Assembly: GCA_964413025.1 (NCBI GenBank)
Contig: CAYPRG010000003.1
Location: 1,027-65,026, forward strand
DNA: 64,000 nucleotides
Direction of reading: 5' to 3'
Source: an uncultured Planctomycetales bacterium
GTDB lineage: Bacteria > Omnitrophota > Gorgyraeia > Gygaellales > Profunditerraquicolaceae
The translations under genes were made by a program, and so were the position numbers. Below are positions 1-9,313 of this stretch, one piece after another. The notes under the pieces were generated by a model. It was not told where the DNA came from and searched no databases. It was given only the letters and a program-made list of their open reading frames with translations. Positions within the stretch are counted from its first letter, which is position 1. Each line of letters begins with the position of its first letter.

Positions 1-156
1 AAAAAAATTAAAGATTCACAAAATAAAATACAAATCGCAGCGTTACTTGCAGCCTGCGTAATATTCCTGGCCCATAACTTCGTTGACTTCAGCTTCTTTT
101 TGCCTGAGTCGGCTTTTATATGGTGGATAATTACCGGCCTGCTCTTATCTGTTTGA
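1..156 (+). CDS. 3' end of a membrane protein truncated by the window edge (possibly Wzy_C / O-antigen-ligase-like)
   Basis: Frame 1 is open from base 1 to TGA at 154-156. Hand translation is ...IAALLAACVIFLAHNFVDFSFFLPESAFIWWIITGLLLSV*, which is hydrophobic. The H-x3-D-F...P pattern resembles the end of Wzy_C domains, from memory only. Confidence 0.35.
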   Translation, partial: KKIKDSQNKIQIAALLAACVIFLAHNFVDFSFFLPESAFIWWIITGLLLSV

Positions 157-163
157 TTACCCG

Positions 164-1108
164 ATGAAAAAGCACAATTTAACTAAAAAAACAGGCACAA
201 TCCAGATTGATACCGACGGTTTATGGGTCATCTTCCAGCACTTTGGGCTGGATTACCAGGAGGCGCAGGATACTATGTATGAATCAGCCCTGCCTCGTTT
301 TTTGAGAATGTTTGATGAATTTAATATCAAGGCCACTTTTTTTGTGGTCGGCAAAGACCTGCTTTCCCCTGCCAAAGTAGAGCTGCTTAAAGAAGCGGTA
401 AAAAGTGGCCATGAAATCGCAAATCACAGCATGAACCACAGAGAAGGTTTTTCTTTCCTTTCTTTTAATGAAAAGAAACGGGAGATTGAAGATGCCGAAC
501 ATATCATCCGGGATAAGCTGGGAGTGACCACCAAAGGATTCAGGACTCCTTCCAATGACGTGGACAACGATGTGCTGAAGATTTTGGAAGATAGGGGCTA
601 TTTATACGATTCATCGCTTATGCCGACTTTTTACGGCCCGCTGATCAAAAAGTTGAAATTAGGTTCTCTAAAAATAACCCGCAGGGACCATTACCTGGGA
701 AGATTTCAATACGGCTTTTCCCCTCTTGCTCCCTATCATCCCTCAAGCGGAAAGATATGGAAAAAAGGGGCAATGAAGATTATAGAAGTGCCTATCACTA
801 CTATGCCGCTCCTGCGTTTTCCTTTCCACGCCAGTTTTACTTTCGCCGCTTATCATTTCGGGCTTGGCTGTGGCTTATTTAATCTGGGATATACGCTCCT
901 GGGCTTTACCGGGCTGCCATTGAATTTTGTATTTCATACTAACGAGCTCTCTGACCCCATCAGCGAAAAGGAAATAAAACGCCAATATGGTTTGAATTTT
1001 CCCCTGGCTGTAAAACAAAAAATTTGCGGCCAGATATTAAAGGCTATTCAAAAAGATTACAACTTAATCCCTACTATTGACTATGCGCGAAGCTTATCCG
1101 GGCATTAA
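164..1108 (+). CDS. Polysaccharide deacetylase, CE4 / NodB-homology family
   Basis: 314-aa ORF. It has KATFFVVGKDLL followed by GHEIANHSMNH, the histidine motif region typical of NodB domains. Confidence 0.75.
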   Translation: MKKHNLTKKTGTIQIDTDGLWVIFQHFGLDYQEAQDTMYESALPRFLRMFDEFNIKATFFVVGKDLLSPAKVELLKEAVKSGHEIANHSMNHREGFSFLSFNEKKREIEDAEHIIRDKLGVTTKGFRTPSNDVDNDVLKILEDRGYLYDSSLMPTFYGPLIKKLKLGSLKITRRDHYLGRFQYGFSPLAPYHPSSGKIWKKGAMKIIEVPITTMPLLRFPFHASFTFAAYHFGLGCGLFNLGYTLLGFTGLPLNFVFHTNELSDPISEKEIKRQYGLNFPLAVKQKICGQILKAIQKDYNLIPTIDYARSLSGH

Positions 1109-1814
1109 AACTAATCAGCAGGTATCCCTTATGTTTTCCGGAGGGGTTGACTCAACCTCCGCGGCGATCCTGCTGTCAGAACAATACAGCAAAGTCCATC
1201 TGCTGACTTACTGCAACGGCCACGGCCATTACAATATGGGTGTAAGCAAAAAAAGGGCAAATGAGCTAATGGCCAAATTTAAAGATAAATTCACTTTTAA
1301 TTTGATTAATATCGAGGGCTTGTTTAAGATAATGGTCATGGACACCCTGATGGAAGATTATAAAGAATACAAATCCGGGTTTATCTGGTGCCTGGGATGC
1401 AAGCTGGCTATGCACACCCAGAGCATAATCTACAACTTAAAGAATAATATTAAACTGATGACTGACGGCTCATCCAGGGATACCAGCGAAATGGTGGAAC
1501 AGATGCCCCACAGCGTGTCTTTAGTTATGATGTTCTATGAAAAATACGGCATTGATTATTTTGTTCCGGTTTACAACCAGACCCGGCAGGAAAAAATAAA
1601 AAAACTGAAAGAATTAAAATTCCATATGGGCATCCCGGTCAAAGACCGTTTCCTGGGCATTCAACCCAGGTGTATCCCGGGAGAGCTGTATTACCTGCCT
1701 TATCTTTTATTCAACAAGGCATTAGAACACGAAAAAACAATTGTCACCCAATTTATCGAAAAAAAACAGCAGATTGCGGAGCGCTATATAAAGGAACAGC
1801 TTAATCATGGGTAG
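1077..1814 (+). CDS. PP-loop ATP pyrophosphatase superfamily protein (adenine nucleotide alpha-hydrolase fold)
   Basis: SLMFSGGVDSTS is an SGGxDS PP-loop near the N-terminus. A CLGCKLAMH Cys pair is present. It is a clear paralog of 51440-52192. The start overlaps the upstream gene by 32 nt, so the exact start is uncertain. Confidence 0.7.
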   Translation: MTMREAYPGIKTNQQVSLMFSGGVDSTSAAILLSEQYSKVHLLTYCNGHGHYNMGVSKKRANELMAKFKDKFTFNLINIEGLFKIMVMDTLMEDYKEYKSGFIWCLGCKLAMHTQSIIYNLKNNIKLMTDGSSRDTSEMVEQMPHSVSLVMMFYEKYGIDYFVPVYNQTRQEKIKKLKELKFHMGIPVKDRFLGIQPRCIPGELYYLPYLLFNKALEHEKTIVTQFIEKKQQIAERYIKEQLNHG

Positions 1815-3528
1815 ATGCTGCGACGGCAAAAACGCGTATAAGCCTATAACCAAAACCAGGTATTTACTGGGATTACTGATATTCAGGCTGATGCACCTGC
1901 AGGCCAGGCTATTTATGTTCTTTCGGCATATCTTCATCAGAAAATACACCGACTATAACGCGCTTTCGCGCTTTCATAAAACTTACTTTAAAAATACTCT
2001 TAAAGAAATAAAAGAACAAAAAGGTTTGATTCTAAAAGATAGCCCATCGCGGCCGGTAAACAAATTCAAGGCATTTGCCTTATTAGCCATCCTGATTTTT
2101 ATATTATTTAACTACCTGTTTAGATTCGAAGGCCCTGCCAACGGATACTGGGATACCTACATAACCGAACCATCCCTTTTTATCGCCAATACTCATATAG
2201 ATTTTGTCACTAAAGACGGCGAGAAACTGTATTCCTATTCATTACCGGGGAAACTGCCGGATAATTTGATAAATAAGGATGCAGACGGGATAAGCTCAAA
2301 GGATCAGCGGCTGGGGGGAGCAATCATCTTTACGCCCTGGTATCTTCTTTTCAATTTATTTGGTTTCAGGTTTTTCTTTGCCATATCCGGGGTGTTAATC
2401 GCGGCCTTCGCCTTTCTTATCAGCCAACTGCTCTTCAAAAATTTCTACTTAAGCGCTTTCTCAGCAATTATCGCTTCGCTCAACTCCTATATACTCTCCA
2501 TAAATAACCTTAATCCCAACATACTCGGATTAATGATAATATCCATCCTCATATACCTGTTACTGGAGGATACTCCGAACGGATTGATCATCGGCCTGGT
2601 TTACGGCGCACTGGGCGGCATACGCAACGAAAGCATATTATTCCTTCCGGCAATAATCTATAAACTCTTTATCTCTTCACCTAAAAAAGGCAGGGAAATT
2701 ACCCTGTTCTTCCTGGGAAGCCTTATAACTATTGCCCCGATCCTCTATTGGAATAAATATGCTTTTGGCAACCCATTCATGCACCCGACCCAATTCCACA
2801 GCCTGGGAGGCTTCCGGCCGGTGTTTGAGCATAACTTCCTGTTTTGGAAATTTGATTTTAACGGGATGCTTAATTACCCCTTTTATAATAAAATCATCAG
2901 AACACCCTACTTCTGTTTCCCGACTTTTCTCCTGCTGCCGCTTACCCTGGCAAGCTCATTTGGAATCATAATATTTTCACTTATAATTACCGGGGCAGTA
3001 AATTTATTCAAGAAGAACAAACAGGTATTTGCTTTTCTCATGTTATGGTTTTTACCGATGTACCTCTTATTATCGGTAATGGAAAACTGGAGCAACCTAA
3101 AGATGACCTTCCTGCTTATGCTCTTTAGCCCTCTTATTATATTTATTGCCGCCGGCCTAAAAGCCCTTTTCTCAAAAGAAACCCTTAAAAGTAATCTGGC
3201 CGGAATAGTTTTATTATCCATTGCCGTATTTATCTTGGTAAAGGCTCTGGCTTCTTCTGATTTTGAGGTAGACCAGAGATGGTACGAGCGTTTTCCACGG
3301 GCAGTAGAAGGAAAAAATATCTCTTATATCGGGGATGACTTAAGGACGAAAAAAGAAGACCCCGAGGAACTGCTGGCGCAGAAAAAAATCCTTACTGCAG
3401 GCAACTTTCTGCCGAAATTCAATAAAACGGATATAGCCTTACAGCAAAAGATCCGAAGAATGAAACAGGAAACAAACAAGAGAGAAATTACTATCGTAGA
3501 TATTTGGAAATATATCTACGAAAAATAG
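1807..3528 (+). CDS. Polytopic integral membrane protein, possibly a GT-C-type glycosyltransferase
   Basis: 573-aa ORF with many hydrophobic segments and a charged C-terminal tail. Its ATG overlaps the stop of the PP-loop gene (ATGGGTAG, 8-nt overlap), which suggests translational coupling. No diagnostic motif was recognised. Confidence 0.5.
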   Translation: MGRCCDGKNAYKPITKTRYLLGLLIFRLMHLQARLFMFFRHIFIRKYTDYNALSRFHKTYFKNTLKEIKEQKGLILKDSPSRPVNKFKAFALLAILIFILFNYLFRFEGPANGYWDTYITEPSLFIANTHIDFVTKDGEKLYSYSLPGKLPDNLINKDADGISSKDQRLGGAIIFTPWYLLFNLFGFRFFFAISGVLIAAFAFLISQLLFKNFYLSAFSAIIASLNSYILSINNLNPNILGLMIISILIYLLLEDTPNGLIIGLVYGALGGIRNESILFLPAIIYKLFISSPKKGREITLFFLGSLITIAPILYWNKYAFGNPFMHPTQFHSLGGFRPVFEHNFLFWKFDFNGMLNYPFYNKIIRTPYFCFPTFLLLPLTLASSFGIIIFSLIITGAVNLFKKNKQVFAFLMLWFLPMYLLLSVMENWSNLKMTFLLMLFSPLIIFIAAGLKALFSKETLKSNLAGIVLLSIAVFILVKALASSDFEVDQRWYERFPRAVEGKNISYIGDDLRTKKEDPEELLAQKKILTAGNFLPKFNKTDIALQQKIRRMKQETNKREITIVDIWKYIYEK

Positions 3529-3538
3529 AGGCAAAGCT

Positions 3539-3817
3539 ATGCTGAAAATATTATATTTACTGCTGATTACGATATACGTCTTTTGGCTACCCGGCTATCT
3601 GATAATCAGGGCTGGTTCCAATAATCCCAGGAATTCATCAACGCACATTTTAGCTTTTGGGCTAGGCATAACCCTGATACCCATCTCTGCATTCGGAATT
3701 GCCATGCTATTGCATACCACGGTGCAAAATAATCTGCTTTTAGCCGTTGCAACCTTTATCAATTTAACCTGTCTTATCGTTGTATCCAAAAGGAAACCTA
3801 AAGCATGTACCTCTTGA
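3539..3817 (+). CDS. Small hydrophobic membrane protein (about 3 TM segments), function unknown
   Basis: 92-aa ORF in the only gap between two plus-strand genes. It consists of three hydrophobic stretches and overlaps the next gene by 13 nt. Confidence 0.45.
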   Translation: MLKILYLLLITIYVFWLPGYLIIRAGSNNPRNSSTHILAFGLGITLIPISAFGIAMLLHTTVQNNLLLAVATFINLTCLIVVSKRKPKACTS

Positions 3818-5469
3818 CCCTGCACGAAGACAGTAATGCTAATCTAAGCTTATTTGAAGACGGAAAGATAATTTTTGCGGTGGCGGAAGAACGGTTGAGC
3901 AGGGTAAAACATCAGGGCGGTTTTCCGGTAAGAAGCATAAATTTCATCCTGGATAAATATAAGTTAACGATTAAAGACATGGATGTCATCCTCTGCGCTA
4001 ATAAATACCATCCCCTCCCAAGGATACTCTGGAATAAATTCCCTACTTTTGAACATTCCTTCCTGGGTGTTATGCAGAAAGCAACAATCTATTACCAGCA
4101 CGCCATATTTAAAAACGCTGTTTTAAGGAAGTGTATTGAGGCATTTAATAAGGCCCTGTTAAGGCAGAGGTTCAAAAAGCCGGTAGAGTTAACCAGCCAC
4201 CATACCGCGCACGCCTACTCGGCATATTTGACCTCCGGTTTTGATAAAGCGGTAGCGATATCCACGGATAATTTTGGCGACGGGATGTCTTCTGCGGTAT
4301 TTACCTGCGAAAACGGTATTTGCGATTTCCTTTACGGCTCATCAGCGCTTAATTCCCCCGGCCAGTTTTACGGGACAATAGCTCAGCTGCTCGGGATAAA
4401 CCCATTACTGGCAGGCAAGATGACCGGCCTGGCAGGATATGGCAATCCTGAAACAGCATACCCGTTGATAGAAAAACTTTTTTCTTTAAGCGCTGACCGC
4501 AGGGATTTTATTTTGCCCTCCCTCCTCTTTCAATCACCGCGCTCCGGGATTTACAGGAAATTATCCGGATACAAAAAAGAAGACGTGGCAGCGGCAGCCC
4601 AGAGGCGCTTTGAAGAAATTATGCTTGAATATATTAAAGAGGCAATCAAGGCAACAAAAATTCCCTATGTTTGCCTTGCGGGAGGTGTATTCGGCAATGT
4701 CCGCCTGAATAAGAGAATAGCGGAATTAGATGAAGTAAGAGGAATATTTATCCACCCGGCAATGAATGACCAGGGAATCAGCCTCGGCGCGGGATTAGGC
4801 TACTTAGCGCAAAATTCGGGGCTTAAACCGTTTAAGCTGGATAATCTATACCTTGGGCCGGGATATGACAATGAGGAAATTGAAGCGGAGATTAAAAAAG
4901 AAGAATTAAATTACGAGCATTTTCAAGATATCGAAACAGCCGTTGCCCAGCTCCTTGCCGGAGGAAAAGTAGTTGCCCGTTTTTCCGGCCGGATGGAATA
5001 TGCCTTAAGGGCTTTAGGGAACCGCAGTATACTCTATCAGACTACCGATAAAAGCGTTAATGACTGGCTGAATATTAAATTAAAGCGGTCGGAATATATG
5101 CCTTTTGCTCCGGTGACTATGGAAGAATACGCCGGGCAATGTTATGCCAATATAGAAAAAGTAAAATATAACGCTAAATTTATGACCATTGCCGTAGATT
5201 GCACTGAATGGATGAAAAAAACCTCTCCCGGGGTAGTGCATGTGGATGGGACAGCCAGGCCGCAATTAATCAAAGAAGAGGATAACCCGGGTTATTATAA
5301 AATCCTGAAGGAATACCATAAGATTACCGGCATCCCCAGCCTGATTAATACCAGCTTTAATATGCACGAAGAGCCGATTGTCTGCACTCCCTCCGACGCG
5401 CTGAGGGCATTTAAAAAATCAGGGCTTGATTACCTGGCGATAGGAAATTACCTGCTTAAGAGTTTTTGA
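3805..5469 (+). CDS. Carbamoyltransferase, NodU/CmcH/TobZ family
   Basis: Motifs present are AVAEERLSRVKHQGGFP, SHHTAHAYSAY, RALGNRSILYQ, and the C-terminal block VHVDGTARPQ...SFNMHEEPIV. Confidence 0.85.
   Translation: MYLLTLHEDSNANLSLFEDGKIIFAVAEERLSRVKHQGGFPVRSINFILDKYKLTIKDMDVILCANKYHPLPRILWNKFPTFEHSFLGVMQKATIYYQHAIFKNAVLRKCIEAFNKALLRQRFKKPVELTSHHTAHAYSAYLTSGFDKAVAISTDNFGDGMSSAVFTCENGICDFLYGSSALNSPGQFYGTIAQLLGINPLLAGKMTGLAGYGNPETAYPLIEKLFSLSADRRDFILPSLLFQSPRSGIYRKLSGYKKEDVAAAAQRRFEEIMLEYIKEAIKATKIPYVCLAGGVFGNVRLNKRIAELDEVRGIFIHPAMNDQGISLGAGLGYLAQNSGLKPFKLDNLYLGPGYDNEEIEAEIKKEELNYEHFQDIETAVAQLLAGGKVVARFSGRMEYALRALGNRSILYQTTDKSVNDWLNIKLKRSEYMPFAPVTMEEYAGQCYANIEKVKYNAKFMTIAVDCTEWMKKTSPGVVHVDGTARPQLIKEEDNPGYYKILKEYHKITGIPSLINTSFNMHEEPIVCTPSDALRAFKKSGLDYLAIGNYLLKSF
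5224..5367 (+). repeat. Left arm of a 144-bp inverted repeat shared by the two carbamoyltransferase genes
   Basis: The reverse complement of 9422-9565 aligns without gaps. I counted 9 mismatches in 144 bp, and all are synonymous. Both arms encode SPGVVHVDGTARPQLIKEEDNPGYYKILKEYHKITGIPSLINTSFNMH. Confidence 0.9.
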
Positions 5470-6866
5470 AAAGCGTTTGACCCTGCCCAAAACATAGTCT
5501 TTATACTCTGCGGATTTTTCAGCATATACAAAAACATCTTGAGTATGTATTTAGGCCTGAGATGGAAGGCTTGCTGAATATCCCGCATTAAACTTTTTAG
5601 TTCGTTTTCGCTGATAGCGGGGTTTTTTATGATCAGGTTGTTCAGAAAAAGATACTTTGACCAGTCCCTGCCGGACAATAGATTATCCCTTTTACAGATT
5701 TCAAATAACTCTGTCCCGGGATACGGGGTAGCAAAAGACACCTGCAGAAAATCAGGCTCTAACTCCATAATTAATTTTTTAGTCGCCAATATTGTATCCC
5801 TGGTCTCCCCCGGCACATTCAGCATCACAAAGCCCATAGTAGACAGCCCCGCCTCTTTTGCCATGGAAAATGCTTCTTTTGTCTGTTGAAGGCTGATTCC
5901 TTTTTTTACATAATCCAGTATTTTCTGGGAGCCTGATTCTATACCTAACTCCACCCTGACACAACCGGCTTGCTTCATGTGCCTTAATAAATCTAAATCA
6001 ACGTTATCCACCCTAGTCAGGCATGACCATTTGATTCTTCGGTTCAGGCCAGACATGATGAATCCATCGCAAAGCTCGTGCACCCATTCCTTATCAAAGG
6101 TGAAGGTATCATCTAAAAAAGCAATAAAGTTAATCTTGTATTTATGCGAACATGTTTCTATTTCCTCTATTACGTGGAAAGGGCTTCTCTTGCGGCACTT
6201 TCTGCCGGCGACCAGGCTGACCGCGCAATAAATACAGCTGGCCGGGCAACCCCTCATAGCGATTATAGAAGTCATTTTTGCGGAATCAAAAGTCTTATAT
6301 AACGAATTCTTCAATAAGTGCCTGGCAGGAAATCCTAATTCATCAAGATTATCGACGTAATCAGCTGTTCCATTGGCAATAATATTGCCTGAATCCCTGT
6401 AGGCCAGCCCTTTTATATTACCCAGAGCGGTATTATTATTCAGGGCGCCTAATAATTGAACCAACGCCAGTTCCCCTTCACCGCATATAAGAAAATCAAA
6501 ACCGGCACACTCTCGTAATGTTTCTTCCGGCAGGCTACTGGGGTGTATGCCTCCAGCCACGGTAAAAATATTGTTATTCTCTTTTTTGATTTGCTCGGCA
6601 AGCTGGCGGCAAATATCGATGGTGGGGGTAACTGCTGAAAATCCAGCCAAATCAGGCTTAGATTCCAGGATACGCGAAACGGTCTCTTCAACTGACAAGC
6701 GTTCGGCATTAGCGTCAATAATACTGACCGAATAGCCATTCCGCTCTAATGCCGAAGCAATATAGGCCAGGCCCAACGGCGGCCCAACGGTTATCTGGGC
6801 AATAGCCTGGGTCTGCTTCTGGAAATACGGGTTAACCAGAGTTACCTTACGGATATCTTTAATCAT
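5448..6866 (-). CDS. Cobalamin-binding (class B) radical SAM enzyme
   Basis: N-terminal alpha/beta domain (PPLGLAYIASALE, AGGIHPSSLPEE) followed by RGCPASCIYC, a CX3CX2C motif. Confidence 0.85.
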   Translation of the reverse strand: MIKDIRKVTLVNPYFQKQTQAIAQITVGPPLGLAYIASALERNGYSVSIIDANAERLSVEETVSRILESKPDLAGFSAVTPTIDICRQLAEQIKKENNNIFTVAGGIHPSSLPEETLRECAGFDFLICGEGELALVQLLGALNNNTALGNIKGLAYRDSGNIIANGTADYVDNLDELGFPARHLLKNSLYKTFDSAKMTSIIAMRGCPASCIYCAVSLVAGRKCRKRSPFHVIEEIETCSHKYKINFIAFLDDTFTFDKEWVHELCDGFIMSGLNRRIKWSCLTRVDNVDLDLLRHMKQAGCVRVELGIESGSQKILDYVKKGISLQQTKEAFSMAKEAGLSTMGFVMLNVPGETRDTILATKKLIMELEPDFLQVSFATPYPGTELFEICKRDNLLSGRDWSKYLFLNNLIIKNPAISENELKSLMRDIQQAFHLRPKYILKMFLYMLKNPQSIKTMFWAGSNAFQKLLSR

Positions 6867-7935
6867 TTTTTATAGAATTAAAAAGCGAGGAAACCCAACT
6901 CGGCGAAACCTCGCATCCTAACCAACATCTACCGCATTTTTTTACTTTCATAAGTTTATCCTTGGTTATTTCCTTTGCAAGGATAGACGAATAGCTTTCC
7001 AGCTTTACATTGCCTAATCTATCCAAGTCATAACTACAGGTTATAACATCCCCATTTGGATTTAACCTAAAATAAGAAAATAACGACATACAGTTGTAGG
7101 GCGCCAACTTCGCTCCTTTTAATAGCTCAACCTGCCCTTTAATATAATGCTTCAATATAACTTCTTCGGAGAATTTTGAATTATTGGTAAAATAGGAACG
7201 CCAATTATAAATATCCTTTAAGTTCGCCATCAAGTATTCTCTTACCTCGGTGCTTAATTTAACTAACCCGTAATCCGCACCCGCGGCACCCGAATGAAGC
7301 GGCCGTTTCTGCAGGCCGATAAACCCTACATGTGCGGCGTCAAGGCTATGGGCTAATTTTTTTACTTCAAGTATACTTCTATAATTTTCCTCAAATATCG
7401 TCTGGTTAATGCCGATATACAGCTCATTTTTGTGAAAAAAACTACGTAATTTTTGGGCAGTATCCACCACCCTGTCAAAACACCCGCTCTTGTTGCGTAA
7501 AACATCATGCTTATCCCCGATATCATCAATGCTCAATTTAAGCTCTATATTTAAGCCGTGTTTCTTTAAAAATCTGACCGAATCAATAATGCGGCCGGTC
7601 AAGTACCCATTTGAGGTGATATGAAAAATCTGCGGAGCTACCTTCTTCTGAAACTCAAGCATAATATCATTAAAATCATCCCTCAAAAATGGCTCCCCGC
7701 CGCTAATAACCGCTATCTTAAGCTTCTTTAACATAGGATCACTGAGAAAACGAGAAATATCTGCCAGAGACAACTCCTCGCCGGCATAATTATTTTCCAT
7801 TCTCCCTATTCCGCAGTATTTGCAATCCAGATTGCACCTAAAGGTTATTGAATAATTCAGGAGGAACGGCTCAGAAGGGCGATTCCGTAAACGCCTTATA
7901 TTATCGGCAAGAAACCTGAAGAAATAATTGATCAA
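6859..7935 (-). CDS. Radical SAM enzyme with C-terminal auxiliary-cluster (SPASM/twitch-like) cysteines
   Basis: FRCNLDCKYCGI is a CX3CX2C motif. GGEPFL is present. The C-terminal region reads NPNGDVITCSYD ... CGRCWLGCEV. Confidence 0.8.
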   Translation of the reverse strand: MINYFFRFLADNIRRLRNRPSEPFLLNYSITFRCNLDCKYCGIGRMENNYAGEELSLADISRFLSDPMLKKLKIAVISGGEPFLRDDFNDIMLEFQKKVAPQIFHITSNGYLTGRIIDSVRFLKKHGLNIELKLSIDDIGDKHDVLRNKSGCFDRVVDTAQKLRSFFHKNELYIGINQTIFEENYRSILEVKKLAHSLDAAHVGFIGLQKRPLHSGAAGADYGLVKLSTEVREYLMANLKDIYNWRSYFTNNSKFSEEVILKHYIKGQVELLKGAKLAPYNCMSLFSYFRLNPNGDVITCSYDLDRLGNVKLESYSSILAKEITKDKLMKVKKCGRCWLGCEVSPSWVSSLFNSIKND

Positions 7936-9308
7936 TATAGCCGCCTCGTTAAAAGATATTTTACCAATAAGATAAACCGCCCGGGCCTTAAATAAAAGAG
8001 GACCAAGGCAAGATAAGTAAATATCTTAATAGTATATTTTCCCAAATGACTATATCCGACAATAGCCGAACGCCCGTGGAAGTAATCCTTCCAATCCCGG
8101 TTATTATAGCGCATAAAATAATCCGTGCCGGGATAAGGGGTTAAAGAATAAAAAACAGCGAAATCCAACTTAGATTTAAATGCCCTGACCGCCGTCATCA
8201 TCATGCTGATTTTATTTTCCTTCTCCAAGCCAAAAATAAAATAGCCGTAAGTTCTAATGCCATATTTTTTCAATATAGATACAGCCCGGTCAATGACCTG
8301 TTTAGTTAAATATTTCCTGCTTGCCCCTAGCACAGTTTTATCATAAGATTCTATGCCTAAAGAAACTAAAATACAACCCGCTTTTTTCATCAAAGCGACG
8401 CTCTCCTTATCAATCAGGTCCACCCGGCTGTTTGCTACCCACTTTATGTTAAGATTTTCTTTTATTATAAGAGATGCCAGCTTATCCACAAAATCCTTAT
8501 TGCCGTTAAATGTATCGGACAAAAAAAGGAATGTATCTATATTATAATTATCCTTAACATCTTTTATTTCATTTATGATATTCTCCGGGCTTCTGGCTTT
8601 CCATCCCTTGCCGTAATATGCTGCCGAAGTGCAGAATGTACAGTTAAAATCACAGCCCCTTGAGACCTTTATCACTGTAAATGGCCTGCCGGTTAAAGGC
8701 ATAATATATTTATCGTTCTTTAAAAGCGACCTATCCGGCATGCCGGGATAATCATAATTATCCCTTGCTGTCCGCTTTTGATTGACGAAAATACTCCCGT
8801 TATTTCTATACCCCAACCCCCTGATATCGCTCAGGTTTCCTTTTCTGCCAAAAAGGCAACTCACCAACTCAGAAACAGCCTCTTCCGGCTCTCCAAGGAT
8901 AACATAATCTATGGCTTCATTTTTTAATAAATCCTGCGGAAAAACAGTAGCATGCAAACCAATAAATACGGTTACGAATTTATTTGATTTTTGTTTTAAT
9001 CTGGAGGCAAAAAGAATATCGTCATCAATGGTCGGCGTAGTAGCCTGTATCACGACTATGGCAGGCTTCACCCGGACAATTTCATCAACTAAGCTATCAA
9101 AGGATAGCCCTTCTATTTCTCCGTCAATTATCTGTATATCGGTAAAACTATTGTGCTTTAGATAAACGGCTATCTCAAGTAAAGTAATCGGCGGCCATAT
9201 CCCAACCGGATGAAATAGTTTCTGCTGGCACCTCTCCACGCGTAAAACCCTTGTATTATCTCTTGTAACCGGATTCACTAATAAAATTTTAGGAAGGTCA
9301 GTGCGCAT
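7932..9308 (-). CDS. Cobalamin-binding (class B) radical SAM enzyme
   Basis: N-terminal alpha/beta domain (IGLHATVFPQDLL) followed by SRGCDFNCTFCTS. Confidence 0.85.
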   Translation of the reverse strand: MRTDLPKILLVNPVTRDNTRVLRVERCQQKLFHPVGIWPPITLLEIAVYLKHNSFTDIQIIDGEIEGLSFDSLVDEIVRVKPAIVVIQATTPTIDDDILFASRLKQKSNKFVTVFIGLHATVFPQDLLKNEAIDYVILGEPEEAVSELVSCLFGRKGNLSDIRGLGYRNNGSIFVNQKRTARDNYDYPGMPDRSLLKNDKYIMPLTGRPFTVIKVSRGCDFNCTFCTSAAYYGKGWKARSPENIINEIKDVKDNYNIDTFLFLSDTFNGNKDFVDKLASLIIKENLNIKWVANSRVDLIDKESVALMKKAGCILVSLGIESYDKTVLGASRKYLTKQVIDRAVSILKKYGIRTYGYFIFGLEKENKISMMMTAVRAFKSKLDFAVFYSLTPYPGTDYFMRYNNRDWKDYFHGRSAIVGYSHLGKYTIKIFTYLALVLFYLRPGRFILLVKYLLTRRLY

Positions 9309-9313
9309 AGTCT

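Noticed and set aside
3539-3817. The small 92-aa ORF, considered as a RiPP precursor peptide for the many rSAM enzymes.
   Set aside because: The sequence is three hydrophobic helices with no leader/core organisation or Cys/Ser/Thr-rich core, so it looks like a small membrane protein. No other convincing short precursor ORF was seen next to the rSAM genes.
5448-5469. A 22-bp overlap of the convergent 3' ends of the carbamoyltransferase and a class B rSAM gene.
   Set aside because: Short convergent overlaps are common in compact genomes, and I saw no hairpin or other signal in this one. It is noted only as a sign of genome compaction.
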